NCBI GenBank assembly: GCA_026707045.1
Contig: JAPOXO010000031.1
Location: 15,654 to 79,653 of the forward strand
DNA: 64,000 nt
Source of the DNA: Gammaproteobacteria bacterium
GTDB lineage: Bacteria; Pseudomonadota; Gammaproteobacteria; Pseudomonadales; Azotimanducaceae
Reading direction: 5' to 3'
Part shown: positions 10,101 through 17,615 of the stretch, piece after piece
Layout of the letters: the number at the start of each line of letters is the position of its first letter
Position numbering within the stretch: position 1 is the stretch's first letter
The notes under the pieces: model-generated
The model's database searches: none
The model's input: the letters and a program-made list of their open reading frames with translations, nothing else
What the model was told of the DNA's origin: nothing
Position numbers and translations under genes: made by a program

Positions 10101-10512
10101 CTGGACGAATGGTGATTCCGACAGGATCAATGCCTACGTTGATTCGAGCAACAATAGTTCTGGTTTCTGCATTGATGACATCTACCGTGTCCGCAGGTGT
10201 ATTTGTCACATAGACCAAATTGGTGTGACTGTTGTAGTCGATTGGATTCGAGTGAGGACTCTCGAAATTCATGTGTCCCACTTGAGCTACGTTTTCGTCT
10301 ATGTCAAATTGTTCAAACTCGAGGGTTGCAAGACCAATGCAACTGACAAGCAACAATGCAGAGCTACCGGCGCATATGAGCATCACATGTGGCCGTAGTA
10401 GTTGTAACACTCGATCAGTGAGTTTACTGTGGCTAGGACGGTGATGAGGAGGCCGAGTAGAACTCTCCTTTTTGTGGAATTGAATGACCAGTTTCTTCAT
10501 GCTCCACAGCAT
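7105..10512 (-). CDS. large secreted/lipoprotein multidomain protein: YVTN beta-propeller + di-haem cytochrome c peroxidase-like + IPT/TIG-like + C-terminal CBM4/9-like
   Basis: YVTN-type repeat (LVYVTNTPADTVDVINAETRTIVARINVG...VWVANHVSDSVSVID). Two CxxCH haem motifs: CASCH at 8933-8947 and CGNCH at 8467-8481. The C-terminus ends in IDDVGLYEG, typical of CBM4/9 sandwich modules. The N-terminal LLLVSC is lipobox-like. The exact start is uncertain. Confidence 0.7.
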   Translation of the reverse strand: MLWSMKKLVIQFHKKESSTRPPHHRPSHSKLTDRVLQLLRPHVMLICAGSSALLLVSCIGLATLEFEQFDIDENVAQVGHMNFESPHSNPIDYNSHTNLVYVTNTPADTVDVINAETRTIVARINVGIDPVGITIRPDGKEVWVANHVSDSVSVIDSNQESPTYHQVLHTIQVFDLDDYHTLFDEPVGIVFAHNDTAYVALSSSNRIAKIDVATRGISDILNVTAQDPRALAVRDDRLYVIPFESNNQTQISGCYPENLDSDPNCTFDALAHVVNAMDGADQSTSGGYVADIVRDDRIPDRDLYVFDTNAPPFRNEPLQIVDTVGTLLYGIAVDSRHRVYVAQAEARNDANGKAGTEGHGLAEMENRAFLNQITKIDCSGTECTDPIFFELEPLPPDDPAEGMALATPFAIQISEDDATLVVTAAASNRVFTMDATSGAVLGRVEVGAIPRGLSLLSNSDGSPSKAWVLNALQNSVSLVDLEDLANPSLVATIQLEDPSDPMLKLGRILFNDASVSSTETFACASCHPDGHTDQLLWVLETPLCSNGCDQIQPRLVQDIRGLRGSAPYHWDGTVGDPFGGVNTASHNVLLDPNCNIENEESCTLHLIDGSLATTMCDQEDCETNDEGKPGKLSGEERAALAKYLLSVPYPPSVERPFTNELSAQALQGIHEFHYEQQCGNCHRLPFWVNTNIGGSGMDIPSWRGANDRWKNAPQNRFFFADLVENDTQGFPERTGFTSDPDLFQMILEGSVGFSGSFARQVTLNSTTSAETTSSNLLEALETSDREEGVVLQGEGILFDDAESEGNDIEFDYRDGAYVVVGEPSNSYSRSQLLDLAEQELLLATFTARLGDGVTYEHPQPGIWDVGLPVVPLFGGGRPAEFPELVENEPLRLRGSHIYPGSNILVNGRRVDGSVRCETGELPNCRDNIVLVQLDELPEANAMHMLQVQNTHGLFSNDLPFFVLESEFQAESENLISSGGTFNGQGDWNVNLSNGMADVSWTGEANFAIHETAPMQTWRVSLTHTVSVDKNKDYSLCYKAKSEASRYVTVNVDTGPETEDLPGYMSLMGTAFVPEVGGAARGSGASTNEQYREFHHRFVPTQTDTTARIAFNLAQSELDVQIDDVGLYEGKGCGTP

Positions 10513-11341
10513 TGAAAGCTCAACATATTACTGCTCTGTAGCAAGCAATGTCCTGTGGAGAGTGCTTTGAAGCTGAAGGGAGCTGGTGTCACTCTTGCTA
10601 TAGCTGGCGCAATATTAGGGATAGTTTGTGGCGTATAGACCGAGGTTGACGACGTGGGTGATTTGCTGTCAGGAAAGCAGATCGCGAAACAAGTATTAGC
10701 AATAGATTTGTGTGCGACGGAGTTCTCGTCGTTATTTGTTGTGATTCTCGCATTTAAAGCCAATAGGAGCAGCGGGGCCAGTGGCAATGTACTAATTATC
10801 CTTTGTTCGGTTGCAGCCACGTTGAGTCTATTGGTGATGCTTTATTAGCGGTAGCTATTCCTATCGACGGGAATGCTGACGTATTCGTCCGAGCGGTCTA
10901 CTTGAGCGGTGAGTTTGTTTTTCTATTTTTTGCTCTTGTGTTGATCGGAGAAGTCCCGATACGACTCAATGCTTCGGAAAGCAACAATTAGGTCTCGCAC
11001 TTCTACTGATTACAAAATCAAAGGATCAAATTGCTTGCGTTACCGAAATTTGAATCGAAGAGCATTTACATTAGATTTGAACTGATGCATGGATTCGTAC
11101 TCGTTACCGAACAATTCATGCCAGTCGAATCAATCTAGAGTGAGATTCGAACGCAGTCTGAAGAAGTCGAGTGGATCCGACGAGGCTTGGCGGGTCAGTC
11201 TGTGCCCAAATCTCCGAACGCCACGCAAGTATTCTCGGCGGAAGCTCGAGCGACAGAGCCGGCTACACGCCAACCGCAACCGATCCTCTCCTTGCAAATT
11301 CCCAAATGAGGTAGAAAATTCTTTTTCACAGGTTGAGGAGC

Positions 11342-11695
11342 TCAGCGGCTCTCTCGTCGGGCATCTACCAAACTAATGAGTCCAGCAACGAACAACAGGG
11401 CAATCCACAGACCAAATAGGATTCCCGTCAACTGCAGCAGTCCCTCGAAAAGCCAATCGTTAGAGTAAGTGTAGGTGTTGTCTACATATGCCAACACAGC
11501 CAATGCGCAAATCCCCAACAATGGACAGACGACCAAGAACCAACCTTGAGTGCTTCTACTTGTCTTATCACTCAGTCTCACGGTGGCAATTGCTGCCATC
11601 GACACGAAGAGTTCGGTAATGCCGCATCCCATCCCAAAATTTATATGCCACCACACTCCCAGCCACAGAGAATATCCCAAAGAAAATGAACACAC
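11342..11695 (-). CDS. small polytopic membrane protein (hypothetical)
   Basis: 117-aa hydrophobic ORF 116 bp downstream of the paralogue array. An overlapping, equally hydrophobic ORF in another frame (11568-11768) makes the 5' end ambiguous. Confidence 0.35.
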   Translation of the reverse strand: MCSFSLGYSLWLGVWWHINFGMGCGITELFVSMAAIATVRLSDKTSRSTQGWFLVVCPLLGICALAVLAYVDNTYTYSNDWLFEGLLQLTGILFGLWIALLFVAGLISLVDARRESR

Positions 11696-11811
11696 CCGCT
11701 CCGATCCGAATGAGCCTAATTTGTCCTTCTCTCATTGAAGGCACGTACAAATAAATCTGTGATTTCACTGATTGATTTACAGGTCAATCACCATCTTGGA
11801 CAAGCTTTAGC

Positions 11812-13662
11812 TTAGCCTTCCTCCAAAGAATTCGCATCTTCGTCTGTGAGAAATTTCTTTGCCGCGTCCACTTGTTTGTGGGTGAAATACTCTTCGAGTT
11901 GATTTTTGGACAGCAATATAGTGGCAATTTGTGACCTGAGCTCTCGAGTAGGAAAACGGTTCATTGAATTGAGCAATGCATCGGGGTCCAATTTTGCCCA
12001 ACGCAGTGCAACTGCAGCATAAGAACTTGCTCGTATAGATGTAGGGGCTTGCTGGATTAAGCGGAACACTTCGTCGACATCGCCATTTTGAATCAGAGCA
12101 TCACTTACCTCAATCAACGCAGCGGTCCGAGTTCCTTGTCTCACCTGAGGAAGCAACTCAAGCGCTTTTTGCAAGTTTAAATTTGCAAGAGTAGCAATGA
12201 CAGAGAGCTCCAATCCTGTTCTTGACACATGATCTCCTTCCTTCACCGGTTGTGCGAGCGCTATTTCCATAGCAATCTCAGGATACCCCGGTGCGAGGTC
12301 TGGCAGGATATGTTGCAGCACGTGACGTTTCAGCTCTTCCATAGCGGGCTCGTTCAAGATCCAATCGAGTGCCGCTTCCTGGTCCTTGCGAATCCAAGTG
12401 AAGGCGACACTAAGTGCAGCTCGAGCTCGTGCATCTCCCGAATCGATGCTACTTACCAAGCGCGCAGCTTCCTTTGGGGAATCTCTTGCAATTCTCCTCA
12501 AAGCTTCTGAAATCGCTGTTGATTGAACGTGTGCCGGAAATACATCGATGTTTGCTACAACTTCCTTTGGCTTGTGATTCGCCCACACATCCGCAACGAC
12601 CGACTCTAGCTCTTTGCGCAAAGACCAATTCTGAACTTCGGACGCTGCTGTCAAAGCAGATTGTGGATCTGAGCTTGCCCAAATGATTGATACACGTTGA
12701 ATGGTCGAATGGTTTGGGTCATCCTTGATAGTTAAGGCATACCTGAATGTGCCGACTGGATCAGACAAGACAACATTTGAGAGTACGCGACGAAGCACGT
12801 GGTGCCTGTCTTGTGAATTGGACAGCGACAGTAGTACCTGATCGAGTACGTTCACGCCATTCTTTTCAGCCCAAGCGAGCGCGACGTCTCCAATGTAGTT
12901 CATGTTCTGAGACTCGATCTGCATATTGGTAACCAACTCGTGCCATGATTCTTCCGGGTTTCCGATCGACTGTTCGATCTTTCGCCTCGCTACAGTCGCA
13001 ATGGTGAACGGTTCGTTACCAAGTTTTCGACCAATTGCTCGGAGAGTGCCATCGGACAGGTCCGTGCGTGCTCGCACTATTGTGTGTAAAGCGGATGTCT
13101 TCCATTCATTGTTGAGTGTTCGAGCATGTGCAACTGCAGCATCCAAATCGGAGTGTGCCCAGTCTCGGAAGATACTCTCTGCGAATTGTCGACGATAGCC
13201 GAGTGCGTCCATGACAAGCACGCGCGACAATGCTCTGTGAGGGTCGATTTGAGCAAGTTTTTGAACGACAGCTCTTTGAAAGTCGTACACACTGAAACTC
13301 GAAGGAATTTCCTGCGAGTGTTTCAGAAGATCAGCTACTTGAACTTCAGTCAAATCGTCCAGGAGAATACGCAGGGCTAAACCTTTCTCGAAGGAACTCT
13401 TGAATTTGTCGAGGTCATCGAGATTTCGTATCGGTGTATTCGGTAAATTGGATGAACTAGGTGCTACACCATTTGCTGTAGATTGAATTGCGACCAGTTC
13501 ATTTGTATTGGTGGGGTCTGATGTGGTGGTCGCATCGGACGAGTGATCTTTGTCTTCCGGGACGAGAGGGAGCCAGTAAACAGCACTAGCGATTCCAATT
13601 CCAAGAATGAAACCAACTGAAAGCAGCGCAATATGGATACCTTGTGATTTTGAGAGCTTCAC
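11812..13662 (-). CDS. membrane-anchored helical-repeat protein, paralogue 1 of 6 (unknown function)
   Basis: 616 aa with a GTG start. It has the N-terminal TM helix (GFILGIGIASAVYWL) and collinear conserved blocks shared with the five ORFs upstream of it. Confidence 0.8.
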   Translation of the reverse strand: MKLSKSQGIHIALLSVGFILGIGIASAVYWLPLVPEDKDHSSDATTTSDPTNTNELVAIQSTANGVAPSSSNLPNTPIRNLDDLDKFKSSFEKGLALRILLDDLTEVQVADLLKHSQEIPSSFSVYDFQRAVVQKLAQIDPHRALSRVLVMDALGYRRQFAESIFRDWAHSDLDAAVAHARTLNNEWKTSALHTIVRARTDLSDGTLRAIGRKLGNEPFTIATVARRKIEQSIGNPEESWHELVTNMQIESQNMNYIGDVALAWAEKNGVNVLDQVLLSLSNSQDRHHVLRRVLSNVVLSDPVGTFRYALTIKDDPNHSTIQRVSIIWASSDPQSALTAASEVQNWSLRKELESVVADVWANHKPKEVVANIDVFPAHVQSTAISEALRRIARDSPKEAARLVSSIDSGDARARAALSVAFTWIRKDQEAALDWILNEPAMEELKRHVLQHILPDLAPGYPEIAMEIALAQPVKEGDHVSRTGLELSVIATLANLNLQKALELLPQVRQGTRTAALIEVSDALIQNGDVDEVFRLIQQAPTSIRASSYAAVALRWAKLDPDALLNSMNRFPTRELRSQIATILLSKNQLEEYFTHKQVDAAKKFLTDEDANSLEEG

Positions 13663-13730
13663 GTATTCAGGTTGCGGAGCAAGATTTCAAGCTTTGATTA
13701 CTTTGTTTAAAGACGATATTCAGTGAAGAA

Positions 13731-15599
13731 TCACCACCCTTCAATAGTGCGAACTCCACCTTTCTCAAACGATTTCGTATCTTCATCTGAGAGAAATTTC
13801 TTGGCCATTGCGACTTGCTCGTCGGTCAAGCTTTTTTGAAACTGATTGATGGTCAAAAGCTCCATTGCCGCTTTCGACCTAACATCCTCTGAAGGAAATC
13901 GATTCATTGAATTGAGCATTTCTTCAGGATCGGATCCTGCCCAAGATGAGGCCAGATCCATATAGGGTTTCTGTCTCTCCGATTCAGGAAGTCCTTCGAC
14001 CATGGCGAACGCATCGTCGATTTTGCCAATTCGGATCAACGCTCCGTTTATCGTCTGTAACGCTAGCTGTTTGGTAAAACCTGCACGAACCTGAGGAAAC
14101 AGCTCAATCGCCTTGTTCAAGTCCTGACGAGAGAGATTTGAAATTACGATATATTCCATTCCAATTGGCCCTCTCTTATCACTGATGGGCTGTGCAACCG
14201 CAGTGTCCATGGCGAGTTCCGGGTCTGCCTCCACAAGACTATCCAAGACAGTCTCCAGTAGAACCGGTCTAAACTCCTGGATGGCGGGCTCGTTAAGAAC
14301 CCAGTCAAGGGCTCCTTTTGGGTCTCGATACGACCAACTGCTGACCACACCCGATGCTGCTTCCGCTTTTGCAGCACCAGCTTCCATCTTTACTACCAAA
14401 GATGCGGCTTCCTTCGGATAGTCTCCGGCAATTTCCGAGAGAACCGAGGACAGTGCTGTTGATCGAACAAGGTCAGGCAATCCATCGATGCTGATCATCA
14501 GTTCCCTCGGTTTCTCTCTAGCCCAGGTTCTAACAATCGTTTCCTGCAATTCTCTGCGCAAGGGTCCATGTTGAACTTCAGTAACCGCCGATAGGGCAGA
14601 TTGGGGATCAGAGCTTGCCCAGACTCTTGTGACACTTCCAATAGTCGCGTTGGAATGGTCGTTCTCAATAGTCATCGCATAGCTGAATGCGCCGGCAGGA
14701 TCATAGTAGGCAGCATCATTTAGAACTGTGAGAACTACTGTCTTGCGAGCCTGCGAATTGGTTAGCGAATCGGCGATTTGATCCATTACGCCCAATCCGC
14801 TTTTCTCAACCCAGGCAGATGCCACTCGCGCAAGGCTCCAAATGTGTCGTGAGTCGTCCTGCATATCGATGACCAGCTCGTTCCACAAAGTTTCTGGATT
14901 CTCTTTTGCCTCCTCTATCCTTCTCTCGGCTATAAACGTCACGGCAACTTGCTCGTCTCCAAGCTCTTGAGCTATTGATCTGAGAGTGTCTGCAGAAAGA
15001 TCCTTCCTTTCGTCGATGATTGTCCGCAAGACGGATTCCCTTAGTCTTTCCTGAAGCGTTCGTGCATGTGCGACGGCTTCGTCCAAGTCGGTATGTGACC
15101 ATTCTCGAAATATTTGAACTACAAGCTGGAGTGGCACGGAATCCTTGCTCATTTCAAGAACTTGTGACAACGCTTGGGTTGGGCTTAATTGGGTAAATCT
15201 CTGAATTACAGCCCGCTGAACGTGGTACTTTCTGTTGGTCGAGGGTAGGTCCTGAGATTGCTGCAGAAGTTCAGCTACTTGCACTTCATTTGAATCGGCG
15301 AGGAGAATCCGTAGAGCTAATTCTTGGTCGAAGAAGCTGTTGAGTCTGTTAAGCTCGTCGAGATTGCGTACCGCAACAATGGGCAGCCAAGATGAAATAG
15401 GGGCTACATCGCCTGCTGTCCCCTCAATTCCGACTGGTGTACTTGCATCCCCGGAGATTTCACTGGTCGCATCTGCCTTGGGATCGCTGTTTCCCTGACG
15501 CATAGGGAGCAAGTAAATGGCACTAGCTATCCCAATGCCAAGAATGAAACCGATTGAAAGAAACGAGATTAACTGAAGTTTCGATCTGGAATGTTTCAT
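13731..15599 (-). CDS. membrane-anchored helical-repeat protein, paralogue 2 of 6
   Basis: The track ORF starts at a TTG at 15626. The ATG at 15599 gives MKHSRSKLQLISFLSIGFILGIGIASAIYLL, which matches the N-termini of the other copies. Confidence 0.8.
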   Translation of the reverse strand: MKHSRSKLQLISFLSIGFILGIGIASAIYLLPMRQGNSDPKADATSEISGDASTPVGIEGTAGDVAPISSWLPIVAVRNLDELNRLNSFFDQELALRILLADSNEVQVAELLQQSQDLPSTNRKYHVQRAVIQRFTQLSPTQALSQVLEMSKDSVPLQLVVQIFREWSHTDLDEAVAHARTLQERLRESVLRTIIDERKDLSADTLRSIAQELGDEQVAVTFIAERRIEEAKENPETLWNELVIDMQDDSRHIWSLARVASAWVEKSGLGVMDQIADSLTNSQARKTVVLTVLNDAAYYDPAGAFSYAMTIENDHSNATIGSVTRVWASSDPQSALSAVTEVQHGPLRRELQETIVRTWAREKPRELMISIDGLPDLVRSTALSSVLSEIAGDYPKEAASLVVKMEAGAAKAEAASGVVSSWSYRDPKGALDWVLNEPAIQEFRPVLLETVLDSLVEADPELAMDTAVAQPISDKRGPIGMEYIVISNLSRQDLNKAIELFPQVRAGFTKQLALQTINGALIRIGKIDDAFAMVEGLPESERQKPYMDLASSWAGSDPEEMLNSMNRFPSEDVRSKAAMELLTINQFQKSLTDEQVAMAKKFLSDEDTKSFEKGGVRTIEGW

Positions 15600-15681
15600 G
15601 AATTCAGAAAATTGCAGCCGGTACAACTGAGCTCAATCGCGCTTCTTGTCCCAAATCCAAACACTTTTCAAGAAGCGATCA

Positions 15682-17535
15682 CTAGTGTTGACTAACTACA
15701 GCTTCTTCTTCCTCATGCGTCTTGAGGTCCTCTTCCGTGAGAAATTTCTTTGCTTCTTCGATTTGTTCGTCCGTTAAGTTTTTTTGGTGAAGATTGTGGG
15801 ACAAAATCGCCATGGCCGCTTTCGATCGTACTTCTCGTGATGGCAGACGGTTCATCGAATTGAGAAGACCAGTCGGGTCAGAATAGGCCCAAGACGAAGC
15901 CACAGCGGAGTAGACCCCAAGTCTATCAGGTTCATCAACCTGCTGTACCAAGTCTAGAGCTTCGTCGACCTCCTCGTTTCGAATTAAATATTGGCTTACC
16001 CTTTGGACCGCTTGAACAGTTGTCGGGCCTTTACGCACTTGAGGGAGCAGCTCAATGGCTTTGTCCAAGTTTGAATAGGTTAGCGAGGCTATAACTTGTA
16101 GCTCCATCCCCACTCCATTCGCTTCTTCGTCTATAGGTTGTGACAGTGCTGTATCCATGGCAAGTTGGGGGTCTGCCTGTACAACTCGATGCAAAATGTC
16201 TTGCAGCAAGTCAGTTCTTATTTCATCGACACTTGGGTCATTCAAAACCCAGTCTAGTGCTGCGTTATGGTCACCATACGACCAATTGCGCGCAACGCTG
16301 GTCGCGACCTGCTTCTTGGCTTCACTGTCTTCTATTCCTGCAACTAGCTGAACAGCTTCTTGGGGCGAATCTTGAACGATTGTTGATAAAGCTTCTGCTA
16401 ACGCCGTTGCCTTAACATGCTCGGGCAGTCCGTCGATGCCATCCAGTACCTCGCGTGGTTTGTAATACGCCCAAGTCCTAATGATGGAGTCCTCTAACGT
16501 GCTTCGCAACGATTTTTTCTCAATGTCGGAAGCGGCAGCGAAGGCCGAATGCGGATCTGATCGAGCCCAAGAGTCAGCAACGCCTCTAATAGTCGAGTTG
16601 TATTGGTCGTTCTCAAGAGTCAAGGCATACCTGAACGCCCCCTCTGGATTAGTATTGGCAGCATCAGTCAGGACACTGCGAACCACGAATTGACGAGTTG
16701 CCAAATTGGTCAGCGAATTGGAGATCTGATCTAAAACGCTCAATCCGCTTTGCTCAACCCAAGCGGATGCCACTCGTGCAATGCTCCACAGGTGTTGTGA
16801 GTTGCTCTGTAAATCGATCGCCAGCTCGTTCCAGGCTTTTTCTGGATCTGCAATCGCCTCTTCAATCTTTTGCTCTGCAATGGCCACAATAGCTAACTGT
16901 TCGTGGCCGAGTTCCCGAGCGATTGACCGCAATACATCCTCTGAGAGATCAGTTCTTTCCCGCACTATTGAACGTACTGCGGGTTCCTTCAAGTGTTCTT
17001 CCAATGTACGTGCTTGTGCTACGGCCTCGTCAAGATTGGAATTTGCCCACTCTCGAAAGATGCTTGCTACAAACGAGTAAGGCCAATATGGGTCCGTACT
17101 CATCTCAAGCACTTGCGTCAGTGCCAGTTGGGGGTTGATGTTGGCTAGTCTCTGAACGATGGCTGATTGTGTGTCGATTGTGCCGTACGGGGAAAGTTTT
17201 TGTGTTTGCTTTAGTAGTTCGGCTACTCGGGATTCATCCGAGTCGGCCAGAAGGCTACGCAACGCCAAATCTCTATGGAACGAGCTCTTTATTTCTTCGA
17301 GATCGTCTAGATTGCGAACTGTCTCCAGCGACGGATCGACGGTGACAGAAATTCTTTTGGATGCGTTTAGCTCTTGAGGCATCGGTTTGCCAGTATCCGC
17401 AAGGATGGGCGTGTCAGCTTCAGACACTTGAGGTGCAACGATGAGCCAATACACTCCGCTCGAAGTTCCAATTCCAAGGATGAACCCAATGGCGATCAGC
17501 CCCACAATAATGGTTTTCGAGTTTGCGCGATTCAT
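15682..17535 (-). CDS. membrane-anchored helical-repeat protein, paralogue 3 of 6
   Basis: 617 aa with the same architecture and conserved blocks. Confidence 0.8.
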   Translation of the reverse strand: MNRANSKTIIVGLIAIGFILGIGTSSGVYWLIVAPQVSEADTPILADTGKPMPQELNASKRISVTVDPSLETVRNLDDLEEIKSSFHRDLALRSLLADSDESRVAELLKQTQKLSPYGTIDTQSAIVQRLANINPQLALTQVLEMSTDPYWPYSFVASIFREWANSNLDEAVAQARTLEEHLKEPAVRSIVRERTDLSEDVLRSIARELGHEQLAIVAIAEQKIEEAIADPEKAWNELAIDLQSNSQHLWSIARVASAWVEQSGLSVLDQISNSLTNLATRQFVVRSVLTDAANTNPEGAFRYALTLENDQYNSTIRGVADSWARSDPHSAFAAASDIEKKSLRSTLEDSIIRTWAYYKPREVLDGIDGLPEHVKATALAEALSTIVQDSPQEAVQLVAGIEDSEAKKQVATSVARNWSYGDHNAALDWVLNDPSVDEIRTDLLQDILHRVVQADPQLAMDTALSQPIDEEANGVGMELQVIASLTYSNLDKAIELLPQVRKGPTTVQAVQRVSQYLIRNEEVDEALDLVQQVDEPDRLGVYSAVASSWAYSDPTGLLNSMNRLPSREVRSKAAMAILSHNLHQKNLTDEQIEEAKKFLTEEDLKTHEEEEAVVSQH

Positions 17536-17615
17536 GGATTCGACCTACTTCTGCCCGACAGTACAGCGGGAGCAAGCTTCAATTGTTGCAATGCATAGAG
17601 CCAAGCGAGTGGCCA

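Noticed and set aside
9697-10398. 233-aa plus-strand ORF, and other antisense ORFs, inside the 1135-aa gene
   Set aside because: They are antisense to a gene with clear domain motifs, and their composition is odd (Val/Arg/Cys-rich).
10497-11376. ORFs 10497-10820 (minus) and 11089-11376 (plus) in the 830-bp gap downstream of the array
   Set aside because: The first overlaps the 5' end of the 1135-aa gene and has a low-complexity translation. The second is basic and Ser/Arg-rich and has no start context. I treat the gap as non-coding.
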